Below, one piece after another: positions 27,263 through 38,361 of a DNA stretch of 64,000 nt. Source of the DNA: Ruminococcus sp. Its GTDB lineage: Bacteria; Bacillota; Clostridia; Oscillospirales; Acutalibacteraceae. How positions within the stretch are numbered: the stretch's first letter is position 1; each line of letters starts with the position of its first letter. Made by a program: the position numbers and the translations under genes. The stretch spans positions 1,073-65,072 of the forward strand of contig JAXJTT010000183.1 of NCBI GenBank assembly GCA_036309445.1. The letters are read 5' to 3'. Under the pieces are notes generated by a model that worked only from the letters and a program-made list of their open reading frames with translations, was not told the origin of the DNA and did no database searches.

Positions 27263-29167
27263 ATGGCAGGACCTATGCCCGGCAGAAAAAGACCTATGGG
27301 TATGAAGCCACAGGTAAAGAATCCCGGAAAAATAATGAAACGGATTTTTGCTTATGTTTTTAAATATTATAAGATACATCTTATAGCGGTATTTGTTTTC
27401 ATTATCGTAAGTGTCCTTGCCAATGTTCAGGGAACTTTGTTTATACAGACACTGATTGATGATTATATTACACCACTTACAAAATCAGATAATCCGGACT
27501 TTACTCCTCTTGCTATGGCTATATTCAGAGTTGCAGGCTTTTATCTTATAGGTGCGGCATGTACTTATGCATATAACCGTATTATGGTGTATGTTACACA
27601 GGGAACTATGCTCAGACTCCGCTGTGAGATTTTTACTCATATGGAGAGTTTACCTATCAAATACTTTGATACTCATCCACATGGTGATATAATGAGTGTT
27701 TATACAAACGATATAGACACACTCAGACAGATGATAAGCCAGAGTATGCCTCAGCTTTTCTCCAGTGTAATTACTATTGCTTCTGTATTTATCAGTATGA
27801 TTTCAATCAGCTTACCGCTTACAGGTCTTACTCTTGTTATGGTTGCTTTGATGTTTGTTATGTCAGGTAAAATAGCAGGTAAGAGTGGAAAATATTTTGC
27901 AGCACAGCAGGATGATTTAGGTAAGGTTAATGGTTACATCGAAGAGATGATGAACGGTCAGAAAGTTGTCAAGGTGTTCAATCACGAAAAAGAATGTATC
28001 GATGAGTTCAATAAGTTAAACGATCAGCTTTTTGACAGTGCCTATAATGCACATAAGTTTGCTAATATCCTTATGCCTGTAAACGCACAGTTAGGTAACA
28101 TCAGTTACGTTCTTTGTGCTATCTTAGGCGGTGTGCTTGCATTTAATGGTATTGCAGGTCTTACACTTGGTGGCCTTGTTTCGTTCCTTACTTTCAACAA
28201 AAGCTTCAGTCACCCTATAAATCAGGTCAGCCAGCAACTTAACAGTATTGTTATGGCACTTGCAGGTGCAGACCGTATTTTCAGACTTCTTGATGAAGAA
28301 CCTGAAAAGGATGAAGGATATGTAATGCTTGTTAATGCAAAAGAAGAGAATGGTAAAATTGTTCCTTCTGATGAGCGTACAGGTATGTGGGCATGGAAAC
28401 ATGAACATAAGGAAGATGGAGCTGTTGAATACAAGAAACTTGAAGGTGACCTTGTAATGGATGATGTTGATTTCGGTTACACTGATGAAAAAATGGTGCT
28501 TCATAACATCGACCTTTCCGCAAAGCCGGGTCAGAAAGTTGCTTTTGTAGGTTCAACAGGTGCAGGTAAAACAACCATTACTAACCTTATAAACAGATTT
28601 TATGATATACAGGATGGTAAAATCCGTTATGACGGAATTAATATTAATAAAATCAAAAAGTCTGATTTACGTCGTTCGTTGGGCGTTGTTTTGCAGGATA
28701 CTCATTTGTTTACTGATACTGTAATGGAAAATATACGTTATGGCAGACTTGATGCGACAGATGAAGAAGTAATTGCAGCGGCAAAGCTTGCTAATGCAGA
28801 CAGCTTCATTCATAAGCTTCCGCAAGGCTACAATACTGTTCTAACAGGTGATGGTGGAAACCTTAGTCAGGGTCAGAGACAGATGCTTGCAATTGCAAGA
28901 GCTGCAGTTGCTAATCCGCCTGCACTTATCCTTGACGAAGCAACAAGCTCAATTGATACCCGTACTGAAAAAATTGTTCAGGATGGTATGGATAAGCTTA
29001 TGCACGGAAGAACAACTTTTGTTATTGCTCACAGACTTTCGACTGTAAAAAATTCCGACTGTATCATTGTTCTTGAACATGGCAGAATCATTGAAAAAGG
29101 TACACACGAACAGCTTATAGAGCAAAAAGGTAAATACTATCAGCTTTATACAGGAAAAACTGCATAA
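27263..29167 (+). CDS. ABC exporter, fused permease/ATPase (subunit 2)
   Basis: ATG 27263 after AAAGGAGAA, 1 nt after the upstream stop. GSTGAGKTT, LSQGQRQML, ALILDEATSSID. Confidence 0.9.
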   Translation: MAGPMPGRKRPMGMKPQVKNPGKIMKRIFAYVFKYYKIHLIAVFVFIIVSVLANVQGTLFIQTLIDDYITPLTKSDNPDFTPLAMAIFRVAGFYLIGAACTYAYNRIMVYVTQGTMLRLRCEIFTHMESLPIKYFDTHPHGDIMSVYTNDIDTLRQMISQSMPQLFSSVITIASVFISMISISLPLTGLTLVMVALMFVMSGKIAGKSGKYFAAQQDDLGKVNGYIEEMMNGQKVVKVFNHEKECIDEFNKLNDQLFDSAYNAHKFANILMPVNAQLGNISYVLCAILGGVLAFNGIAGLTLGGLVSFLTFNKSFSHPINQVSQQLNSIVMALAGADRIFRLLDEEPEKDEGYVMLVNAKEENGKIVPSDERTGMWAWKHEHKEDGAVEYKKLEGDLVMDDVDFGYTDEKMVLHNIDLSAKPGQKVAFVGSTGAGKTTITNLINRFYDIQDGKIRYDGININKIKKSDLRRSLGVVLQDTHLFTDTVMENIRYGRLDATDEEVIAAAKLANADSFIHKLPQGYNTVLTGDGGNLSQGQRQMLAIARAAVANPPALILDEATSSIDTRTEKIVQDGMDKLMHGRTTFVIAHRLSTVKNSDCIIVLEHGRIIEKGTHEQLIEQKGKYYQLYTGKTA

Positions 29168-29171
29168 TTTT

Positions 29172-29199
29172 AAAGGAGTCGGTTTCGGCTCCTTTTTTC
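29172..29199 (+). terminator. Terminator after the ABC pair
   Basis: GGAGTCG / CGGCTCC stem (one G-U pair) followed by TTTTTTC. Confidence 0.65.
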
Positions 29200-29279
29200 T
29201 TTAAAGTTATTGAAAGATAGAAAAAGTTGCGATAGAATATAATCATAACTAAACTAATAAAAAATCGGAGCTTGTTTCA

Positions 29280-30161
29280 ATGGATGGTGTAATTAAAAAA
29301 ATCAGATTAAGTGTTGTACTTATATTGATAGCAACTACAGTTTTTTGTGTGGGTTGTGATACTTTTTACTTTTCAGAAATTTATGATGATTATTTACTCA
29401 GAATACATTTTATAGATGTAGGGCAGGGCGACAGTATTTTTATAGAATTGCCGGATTCCACCACAATGCTTATCGACGCAGGAGAAAAACACAGTGGTGA
29501 CACTGTTGCAGAATATGTTTTATCACAAGGTTATAATAAAATTGATTATCTGGTTGCAACGCACCCACATACAGACCATATCGGAGGAATGGCAAAGATT
29601 ATAGAGAACTTTGAAATTGGTAAAATATATATGCCTGATGTAGACACTGATACAAGAACATATGAAAACCTGCTTGAAACAATTGCTGATAATAATCTTA
29701 AGATAAAAACAGCGAGAGCAGGTAATTATATAATTGACTCCACTGATTTTAAAGCTAAAATTCTTGCACCTGTTACAATAGATGAAGATAATCTTAATAA
29801 TTGTTCTATTGTTATAAGGCTTGAATATGATGATACAAGCTTTTTGTTTACGGGTGATGCTGAACTTGAGTCGTTTGAAGCTATCACCGGAGAGATTTAT
29901 GCTGATGTTTTAAAAGTCGGACATCACGGTAGTGTGACATCTACTGACGAAGAGTTGTTATCAAAAATAAATCCGTATGTTGCTGTGATTTCCTGTGGTG
30001 AAAATAACGATTATGGTCATCCACATAAAGAAGTTATGGAGTATCTGGAAGCTTGTGAAGCTGATATATACAGAACAGATGAAGATGGCACAGTTACGGT
30101 CTTTTCAGACGGTAAGAATATTGTTGTGGAAACTGAAACGGAAAGGGGAAGTTTTTTTTGA
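29280..30161 (+). CDS. Membrane-anchored MBL-fold metallo-hydrolase (ComEC C-terminal-domain-like)
   Basis: N-terminal TM. HFIDVGQGDS, ATHPHTDHIGG, GDAE, KVGHHGS motifs. Confidence 0.8.
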   Translation: MDGVIKKIRLSVVLILIATTVFCVGCDTFYFSEIYDDYLLRIHFIDVGQGDSIFIELPDSTTMLIDAGEKHSGDTVAEYVLSQGYNKIDYLVATHPHTDHIGGMAKIIENFEIGKIYMPDVDTDTRTYENLLETIADNNLKIKTARAGNYIIDSTDFKAKILAPVTIDEDNLNNCSIVIRLEYDDTSFLFTGDAELESFEAITGEIYADVLKVGHHGSVTSTDEELLSKINPYVAVISCGENNDYGHPHKEVMEYLEACEADIYRTDEDGTVTVFSDGKNIVVETETERGSFF

Positions 30162-30376
30162 GTAAATACATATTGGATAGAATAGAGTCTGATGTTGCAA
30201 TTCTTGAAGGTGAAAACGGTGAGCTTTTTAATATTTCTGTATCGCTTTTACCTGATGAAATAAATGAAGGTGATGTTGTTGTGTCTGATAATGGAGAATA
30301 CAAGGTTTTATCAGAGGAAACAAATGAAAGAAAAGAAAAAATAAAGAATCTACGCATCAGTCTCAGAGAAGAATAA
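30158..30376 (+). CDS. DUF3006 family small protein
   Basis: TTG start overlapping the upstream TGA (TTGA). YILDRIESDVAILEGENGELFNI...EGDVV pattern. Frequently paired with ComEC-like MBL genes. Confidence 0.65.
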   Translation: MSKYILDRIESDVAILEGENGELFNISVSLLPDEINEGDVVVSDNGEYKVLSEETNERKEKIKNLRISLREE

Positions 30377-30381
30377 AATGC

Positions 30382-30416
30382 AAAAAAACGCTGACTTTTT
30401 ATAGTCAGCGTTTTTT
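30382..30416. terminator. Bidirectional terminator
   Basis: AAAAAACGCTGACT / AGTCAGCGTTTTTT. Confidence 0.75.
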
Positions 30417-30441
30417 ATATGAAATAAATTATTTTATTGTA

Positions 30442-31224
30442 TTAATACCAGTAATCGAAGAATAATACATTCTGGTACTGGAAAACAAAGTTCTGGGTTG
30501 AGTGCCAGTTTCCAGGAAAGCCATAGTAGTAGTCATCAGTACACATTACATACATTCTGTGCTGAACTGCACTTCCGCCTTCATCAAACACAAAAGAAAC
30601 AGCATCTTTTACTTCTTTGTTTACATTTTCCTTATAACCAACATATCCCATTCCGCCATAAGCAGATGATTTTCTGAGATCCATTGGGTCGTCACATTCA
30701 CCGTAAACAAGTGCGTCACGGATACACTGTGCTATACATACTGAGCCGCTGTATGAAGTACCGAACTCACCCATAACGATTTTTTCTATGTAAGCTCTTT
30801 CCTGCTTAGAGAGCTTATAAACTGTACCCTTGTAGTTTTTGTCTACGTTGTTGCATGCATTTGCGAGAATAAAAGTTTTTGTTTTGTCCTTCGGCTTTTC
30901 AACTTTGTTGCTGTTGTTACTGCTCTGTGATTTGTCGTTTGCAGATAATTTGATTTGAAGAGTAGTTACATCGTTTACATCAATAGTATTATTCTTGTTT
31001 ATATCTGCTTTTGTTTTTAGTCCTTCGTCACATTTGTCACCATAGTCTGCAAGAAGAAGCTGGAGAGTTGTTACATCGCTGATTGTTAATGCTCCGTCTC
31101 CATCAAGGTCATAGTCCTGGCTTGCAAAAGCTGTTACATTGGATAAGCTGAATAACATTGAAATTGTGATAATACCTGTCAAAATTTTCTTTAAAGATTT
31201 CTTCACTGATTCTCCCACTTTCAT
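30442..31224 (-). CDS. Secreted protein: N-terminal dockerin plus C-terminal cell-wall-hydrolase-like (SleB/Hydrolase_2-like) domain
   Basis: Signal ...NVTAFASQ. Dockerin repeats DYDLDGDGALTISDVTTLQLLL and ADINKNNTIDVNDVTTLQIKL. C-terminal ERAYIEKIVMGEFG...SVCIAQCIRD. Hydrolase call is tentative. Confidence 0.55.
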   Translation of the reverse strand: MKVGESVKKSLKKILTGIITISMLFSLSNVTAFASQDYDLDGDGALTISDVTTLQLLLADYGDKCDEGLKTKADINKNNTIDVNDVTTLQIKLSANDKSQSSNNSNKVEKPKDKTKTFILANACNNVDKNYKGTVYKLSKQERAYIEKIVMGEFGTSYSGSVCIAQCIRDALVYGECDDPMDLRKSSAYGGMGYVGYKENVNKEVKDAVSFVFDEGGSAVQHRMYVMCTDDYYYGFPGNWHSTQNFVFQYQNVLFFDYWY

Positions 31225-31340
31225 TTTCTTTCAAATTATTTTTCGATTATAACATAATAATTTGAAATTGAAAACCCTTTGAAACATAAATCTAAAGTTC
31301 TCACAACCAAACAGATAGTTGGTTTTTTATTTTATGTAAA

Positions 31341-31390
31341 ATGCATAATAAAACACCCTGTTTTTCGTTAAAAAAACGAAGAACAGGGTG
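31341..31390 (-). terminator. Terminator after the DUF1846 gene
   Basis: CACCCTGTT(T)TTCGTT / AACGAAGAACAGGGTG long stem. T-run on the minus strand. Confidence 0.7.
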
Positions 31391-31404
31391 CGGTTTAGGT
31401 TGTA

Positions 31405-32892
31405 TTATTTGTGATAAAGTCGTTTATGCTCGAATGTAGGCTCGCAACTTACGTTAATTCCTAAACGACGAAGATTACGTTCATCTTCATCGCTTAATAT
31501 TACAGTGAAGTGTGCATCACTGCCTTTCAGATGTTCCAGCTGCTCAATAGCTGATTTTGCAACCGGATCATTGAGTGCAGAAATTGTGAGGGCAAGCAAC
31601 ACCTCGTCAGTGTGCAGACGTGGGTTTTTATGTTTTAAATACTGTGTTTTAAGGTCACAGATCGGCTCTAAAACATCTGCAGAAATAATATCAAGTTTAT
31701 CGTCAATACCGCCAAGAGTTTTAAGTGAATTAAGCAACAAGGCAGATGCGGCACCGAGTGTATCAGAAGTTTTTCCGGTAACAACTTGTCCGTTTGGTAA
31801 AACAATAGCACCTGCTGGAGCCCCTGTTGTTTCAGCTTTGAGTAAAGCGGCAGATACAGCAGGGAAGATATCTGTTGTGATGCCTGCTTTGTTCATCAGA
31901 ATTTCAAGCTTTGTAACCTCGTTTTCGTTATCGCTTTTGCCACGATAGCGTTTAACACAAGCGGTGTAATATCTGCGTAAAATCTCCATTTTAGAGGCTG
32001 AACGACAAGCCTCGTCGTCAATTATGCAGTTACCTGCCATATTGACGCCCATATCTGTAGGTGAGCTGTATGGTGAAGTACCTTGAATACGTTCAAACAT
32101 CGTATTAAGAACAGGGAAGATTTCTACATCTCTGTTGTAGTTGACCGCTGTTTCACCGTAAGCATCGAGGTGGAACGGGTCAATCATATTTACGTCATTA
32201 AGGTCAGCAGTAGCTGCTTCGTAGGCAAGATTTACAGGATGCTTCAAAGGCAAATTCCAGATAGGGAAGGTCTCGTATTTTGCGTAACCTGCTGTGATAC
32301 CTCTTTTATGGTCATGGTAGAGCTGGCTGAGGCAGGTTGCCATTTTTCCGCTGCCGGGACCCGGTGCAGTTACCACTATCAGTGAATGACTTGTTTCGAT
32401 ATATTCGTTTTTGCCTAAGCCGTCTTCGCTTACGATATGTGTAACATCAGACGGATAACCTGCGATTGGATAGTGACGATAACAACGTACACCTAAAGAG
32501 GTGAGATGCTTTAAGAAAGCATTAGCTGATGGCTGGTTGTTATAACAAGTGAGGACAACACTGCCGACATATATGCCCATTTCACGGAAGGTGTCGATGA
32601 GTCTTAATACATCGTCATCATAGGTGATTCCTAAGTCACCACGAACTTTGTTTTTTTCTATATCAGAGGCATTGATAGCAATTACAACCTCAACATCTTC
32701 TTTCAACTGCTGTAACATTCTGATTTTGCTGTCAGGCTCAAAACCCGGAAGAACTCTTGCAGCATGATAATCGTCAAAAAGTTTTCCGCCAAATTCAAGA
32801 TAAAGTTTGCCGCCAAACAAGTCTATACGATTGCGGATTTGCTCTGACTGTGTAAGTAAATACTTTTGATTATCAAAACCGATGGTGTTCAT
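31405..32892 (-). CDS. UPF0371/DUF1846 family protein
   Basis: 495 aa. N-terminal GFDNQKYLLTQSEQIRNRI...GGKLYLEFGGKLFDDYHAARVLPGFEPDSK is the family hallmark. Confidence 0.8.
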   Translation of the reverse strand: MNTIGFDNQKYLLTQSEQIRNRIDLFGGKLYLEFGGKLFDDYHAARVLPGFEPDSKIRMLQQLKEDVEVVIAINASDIEKNKVRGDLGITYDDDVLRLIDTFREMGIYVGSVVLTCYNNQPSANAFLKHLTSLGVRCYRHYPIAGYPSDVTHIVSEDGLGKNEYIETSHSLIVVTAPGPGSGKMATCLSQLYHDHKRGITAGYAKYETFPIWNLPLKHPVNLAYEAATADLNDVNMIDPFHLDAYGETAVNYNRDVEIFPVLNTMFERIQGTSPYSSPTDMGVNMAGNCIIDDEACRSASKMEILRRYYTACVKRYRGKSDNENEVTKLEILMNKAGITTDIFPAVSAALLKAETTGAPAGAIVLPNGQVVTGKTSDTLGAASALLLNSLKTLGGIDDKLDIISADVLEPICDLKTQYLKHKNPRLHTDEVLLALTISALNDPVAKSAIEQLEHLKGSDAHFTVILSDEDERNLRRLGINVSCEPTFEHKRLYHK

Positions 32893-33006
32893 TGTATCTC
32901 CTCCTTAAACATCATTATATAAGTATAACACAGTATCGAAAGAAATAAAAGTAAAATTTGAAATTTATTGCTTGTAATTTTTAGTTTGCAGGATTTTCGT
33001 AGGTTG

Positions 33007-33051
33007 AATAAAAATACAGAGTCGTAATCCGAATTTGAATTACAACTCTGT
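33007..33051 (-). terminator. Terminator after the amino-acid ABC operon
   Basis: ACAGAGTCGTAAT / ATTACAACTCTGT stem (one mismatch). Minus-strand T-run. Confidence 0.65.
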
Positions 33052-33065
33052 TTGATAGTTGAATG

Positions 33066-33806
33066 TTAAAGTACCTTTGAAAGAAAATCCTTTAATCTTG
33101 GATTTTTCGGGTTTTCAAAAAATTCTTTTGGTGGGCCTTGTTCAAGAATTACACCGTTATCTACAAATACAATTTCAGTACCGACTTCTTTTGCGAATCC
33201 CATTTCGTGGGTTACAACAACCATTGTCATACCGTTTTTAGCAAGCTGTTTCATAACTTCAAGAACTTCGCCTACCATTTCAGGGTCAAGAGCACTTGTA
33301 GGTTCGTCAAACAGCATAACATCAGGGTTCATACAAAGAGCTCTTACGATAGCGATTCTCTGTTTTTGACCGCCTGAAAGCTGAGAAGGATAAGCGTTTG
33401 CTCTGTCTGCAAGACCAACGATTTCAAGAAGTCTTAGTGCTTCTTTCTCTGCTTCTTCTTTGCTTTTTTTCAAAAGCTTGATTGGACCGATTGTGAGGTT
33501 TTTCATAACAGTCATATGGGGGAAGAGGTTGAATTGCTGGAAAACCATACCCATTTTCTGACGGTGAAGATTTATGTTGACTGACGGGTCGGTGATATCG
33601 ACACCTTCGAAAAATATATGGCCGCCAGTAGGCTCTTCAAGTCTGTTGAGGCATCGTAAAAATGTTGACTTACCTGAACCGGAAGCTCCGATTACAACAA
33701 TTACATCACCTTTTTTGATTTCTGCATTAACGCCTTTGAGAACATCTACGTCGCCAAATGACTTTTGTAAATTATCAACTTTAATTAAAATATTATCAGT
33801 GGTCAC
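33066..33806 (-). CDS. Polar amino-acid ABC transporter ATP-binding protein
   Basis: [31 protein letters not shown]. Start set at GTG 33806 (AAAGGAGA SD); track start TTG 33827. Confidence 0.9.
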   Translation of the reverse strand: MTTDNILIKVDNLQKSFGDVDVLKGVNAEIKKGDVIVVIGASGSGKSTFLRCLNRLEEPTGGHIFFEGVDITDPSVNINLHRQKMGMVFQQFNLFPHMTVMKNLTIGPIKLLKKSKEEAEKEALRLLEIVGLADRANAYPSQLSGGQKQRIAIVRALCMNPDVMLFDEPTSALDPEMVGEVLEVMKQLAKNGMTMVVVTHEMGFAKEVGTEIVFVDNGVILEQGPPKEFFENPKNPRLKDFLSKVL

Positions 33807-34527
33807 TGTTACGCAGTCTCCTTTCAAGCTTTTTGAGCAGGAATGTAAGAATTAATACGATTATTAAGTATATAATTGCAATTGCTACTAACGGGAAGAA
33901 TGCTTCGTATGTTCTTGAACGAATCAGGTTGCCGACATATGTTAAATCCTGAATAGCAACATAGCCTGCAACTGATGTTTCTTTTACAAGTACGATAAAT
34001 TCATTACCGAGTGCAGGAAGAATGTTTTTGAATGCCTGCGGAATAATTACGTGGAACATTGTGCTTTTGTAATCAAAACCGATTGAGCGGCTTGCTTCAA
34101 ACTGACCTTTGTCAATTGACATAATGCCTGAACGTACAATTTCAGCTACGTAAGCACCGGAGTTAATACCGAAAGATATAATTGCGGCGAAAATACCGTT
34201 TCTTGATGAAGCAAACACTACAAAGTACATAATCATAAGCTGGATTACAACAGGTGTGCCTCGTATTACCGTAATGTAGATGTTGCATATGAAATTTAGT
34301 ATTTTGAGAACAACATCACCGAAACTGCGGCATTTTTTGCCTGAAAGATTCATATCGTGGGTTGAACGGATGATAGCAATCAGAAATCCAATGACAATAC
34401 CTATAATAGCAGCAAAAAGAGTGATTTCAACCGTTACAAGTAAACCTTCGAGAAGTTGCACCCAGCGGTCATCAGTGATGAAAGTGCTGGTGAATTTGTC
34501 GGAAATAGTATTGAAAAAATCTTGCAT
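33796..34527 (-). CDS. Polar amino-acid ABC transporter permease (HisMQ family)
   Basis: 243 aa. EAS-loop-like QFEASRSIG. 5 TM. Confidence 0.85.
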   Translation of the reverse strand: MQDFFNTISDKFTSTFITDDRWVQLLEGLLVTVEITLFAAIIGIVIGFLIAIIRSTHDMNLSGKKCRSFGDVVLKILNFICNIYITVIRGTPVVIQLMIMYFVVFASSRNGIFAAIISFGINSGAYVAEIVRSGIMSIDKGQFEASRSIGFDYKSTMFHVIIPQAFKNILPALGNEFIVLVKETSVAGYVAIQDLTYVGNLIRSRTYEAFFPLVAIAIIYLIIVLILTFLLKKLERRLRNSDH

Positions 34528-34557
34528 ATTTTAAAATTCCTTTATCAACAAAATTAC

Positions 34558-34587
34558 GCAGCCTGATTTCAAAATGAAATCGGCTGC
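34558..34587 (-). promoter_or_regulatory. Intra-operon hairpin between binding-protein and permease genes
   Basis: GCAGCC(T)GATTTC / GAAATCGGCTGC, 12-bp stem with one bulge. Weak T-run. Confidence 0.5.
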
Positions 34588-34597
34588 ATATTTTATA

Positions 34598-35413
34598 TTA
34601 TTCCTTAACAATGATTACCTGTGTTGCAGTAGTGTATGTATCTGTGAAGTTGATAGCGTTAAGTCTTTCTTCTGTAATTGTCATACCAGCCATACCGAAA
34701 TCAGCCTTACCTGACTGTACAGCTGTGATGATTGAATCAAAGTCCATATCGTCAATTACAAGCTTATAACCAAGCTTATCGCAGATTGCCTGTGCAGCCA
34801 TAGCATCAATACCAACTACTGTGTCGCCCTCGTAGTATTCGTAAGGCTCAAAGAATGCGTTAGTAGCCATATGGAGCTCTCCGTTAGGATACTCAGTGCC
34901 ATCAGGAGTAACATAAGGAGATTTGCCCTTGGTTTCATCACCGATGTAGTTGTTTATAATCATTTCAAGAGTGCCATCTGACTTAAGCTCAGAAATAGCT
35001 GTGTTGAATTTTGTTGTAAGCTCATCGTTATCTTTAGCAATACAGATAGCGTATTCTTCAACAGCAAAAGGCTCGTCGAGAATTTTAAGACCTTCGTTTG
35101 CAGCCACAAATGCTTTTGCAGGCTCATTATCGATAATTACACAGTCAACTTTGCCTGTTGTGAGAGCAAGAACAGCATCAGCACCTTTGTTGAAACGCTC
35201 GATAACTGAACCTTTTTTTTCATAATCTGAAGCAAAAATATCACCTGTAGTACCAAGCTGAACAGCAATTTTAGCACCTGCGAGATCATCAATTGATGCA
35301 ACTGTTTTTGCACCTGCATCAGAATCACTTGTTGAACCGCCGCAAGCAGTGAGACCGATTGCAGAAGTCATAAGAATTGTTGCGGTAAGAATACCTGATA
35401 AAACCTTTTTCAT
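34598..35413 (-). CDS. Amino-acid ABC transporter substrate-binding lipoprotein
   Basis: Lipobox GLTACGG. SBP_bac_3-like body (FEPYEY..., DFGMAGMTIT). Confidence 0.85.
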   Translation of the reverse strand: MKKVLSGILTATILMTSAIGLTACGGSTSDSDAGAKTVASIDDLAGAKIAVQLGTTGDIFASDYEKKGSVIERFNKGADAVLALTTGKVDCVIIDNEPAKAFVAANEGLKILDEPFAVEEYAICIAKDNDELTTKFNTAISELKSDGTLEMIINNYIGDETKGKSPYVTPDGTEYPNGELHMATNAFFEPYEYYEGDTVVGIDAMAAQAICDKLGYKLVIDDMDFDSIITAVQSGKADFGMAGMTITEERLNAINFTDTYTTATQVIIVKE

Positions 35414-35596
35414 AACCTAAACCTCATTTAATAAATAATAATAAATTTTAACATATCAATTTTATTATACTATTGGCAAAATGTCAATAACAGTAGAGTT
35501 TAATTGTGCAATTCAAACAGATGTATAATATGTGTTTTGTTGTAAATGCTATTTATATATAGGGAAAAAGATTTGTAAAAACAGGAAAGGGGAGAT

Positions 35597-35818
35597 TTAA
35601 CAGTGTTTTTCTCGGTTAAATTCTTTAATTCCTAAGATGTAATCGCTGGACACTTTATAAAGGTAGCAAAGAGTTACAAGGTGTTTTATAGGCAAATCTC
35701 GTTTTCCGCTTTCGTATTTACTGTACTGTTCCTGTCTTGTTTGTAGTATGTATGCAATTTCAGCTTGAGTGTAATTGTTTTTGACTCTTAATTCTTTTAA
35801 TCTTTTATGATAGTCCAT
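35597..35818 (-). CDS. XRE-family HTH regulator (73 aa)
   Basis: LKELRVKNNYTQAEIAYILQTRQEQYSKYESGKRDLPIKHLVTLCYLYKVSSDYILG. Confidence 0.8.
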   Translation of the reverse strand: MDYHKRLKELRVKNNYTQAEIAYILQTRQEQYSKYESGKRDLPIKHLVTLCYLYKVSSDYILGIKEFNREKHC

Positions 35819-36146
35819 ATTTTTACCGCCTTTAAAAATATTACTATCTGTATTATAATGTAATTTATGTGCAATTGCAACTAAAATTTATGTTAAAAGT
35901 GTGTTGAAAGCTGGGCTTCGAATTATACAAAACGGAAATACGATGTTGAAAACTTATTTTGAAGAAAATTTCAAAAATAAAATTTCATTTTATATGTCGA
36001 AAATTGCGAATTTTCTAAGATTTATAGCATAATATTAACTATTTAAGAAATATAGGTGTAAAACATCTTGCAAAACAATGTGAAAAGTAGTATTATTAAT
36101 ATAATCGACAACGGATCCTAACGGTTCAGTTGTGAAAATAATTTAA

Positions 36147-37493
<1,347 letters not shown>

Positions 37494-37545
37494 TTAATTC
37501 GTAATTTAAATTAATTTCTAATTTAGAATTAAACAGCATTTATAT

Positions 37546-37582
37546 AAAACAACAGGCTGTGAATTTTCAGCCTGTTGTTTTA
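37546..37582 (+). terminator. Terminator after gdhA
   Basis: AAAACAACAGGCTG / CAGCCTGTTGTTTT, 14-bp perfect stem. Confidence 0.85.
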
Positions 37583-37597
37583 AACTCTCCCTTCAAC

Positions 37598-37621
37598 TAT
37601 ACAAAATATTCATTTTGTATA
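37598..37621. repeat. Perfect 10-bp inverted repeat with 4-bp spacer
   Basis: TATACAAAAT-ATTC-ATTTTGTATA, 16 nt after the gdhA terminator at the start of a low-GC stretch. Confidence 0.6.
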
Positions 37622-37744
37622 ACTCAAGTAATCTTGCACAATGCTCTCTCGTACATATGTTACAATCTATATTTAGATTACTTAGTGGGTTTAACTGATA
37701 TCCAGAACTAAGGTATAAAATCATAAATAGAATATGAGGTAAAT

Positions 37745-38248
37745 ATGAAATTTAAGTTATATGTAAATCCACCTTTTAACGCACCAATAACAAGACAAAG
37801 TAATGTACCTGAACGTACAATAGGTATGAAGTATATAGATAACAACGGGTTTTATCCATATCGAAAAAGAAATTTATTAACAAACAATGAATATAGATTT
37901 TATTGTGGACTAGTCAGAATAGCAGACAAATACAATCTATCTGTTTTAATAAAAATGAGGTTAGCAGATTTAATAGAAGTTGACACAAATAGAATAAATA
38001 AAACAGATTACATGAAGTATTTTGGAAAAATCAAATCTAAGCACATAGATTTTGTTTTAGCAGAAAAATACACAATGAAAATGATTGTTGCAATAGAATT
38101 GGATGATAAGACACACCAAAGACCTGATAGAATAGAAAGGGATGCGTTAGTAAATAATGCTTTGACAGCAGCAGGAATACATTTTGTAAGATGCTATGAT
38201 TTAAGTGCATTTGAACCACTCTTGATTCACATTTTACAAAGAACATAA
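37745..38248 (+). CDS. DUF2726-domain protein (restriction-endonuclease-like fold)
   Basis: 167 aa. NEYRFYCGL...HIDFVL...IVAIELDDKTH...RIERDALVNNALTAAGIHFVR matches the DUF2726 pattern. Confidence 0.7.
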   Translation: MKFKLYVNPPFNAPITRQSNVPERTIGMKYIDNNGFYPYRKRNLLTNNEYRFYCGLVRIADKYNLSVLIKMRLADLIEVDTNRINKTDYMKYFGKIKSKHIDFVLAEKYTMKMIVAIELDDKTHQRPDRIERDALVNNALTAAGIHFVRCYDLSAFEPLLIHILQRT

Positions 38249-38361
38249 AAACACTAAAGTTTGAAGGGATCTGTGAACTTTTTTAATAGTTGCAATTAAA
38301 TTTTTATATCCGCTTTTCTGTGTGATATAATAAAAAATATCGTGTTTTGGGGTGATGTTGT

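Noticed and set aside
31262-31335. Orphan plus-strand terminator-like hairpin (AACCAA...TTGGTT followed by a T-run) suggesting a small RNA
   Set aside because: The stem is only 6 bp, and any transcript from the nearest promoter-like hexamers would be about 40 nt. It is more likely fortuitous within the AT-rich promoter region of the dockerin gene.
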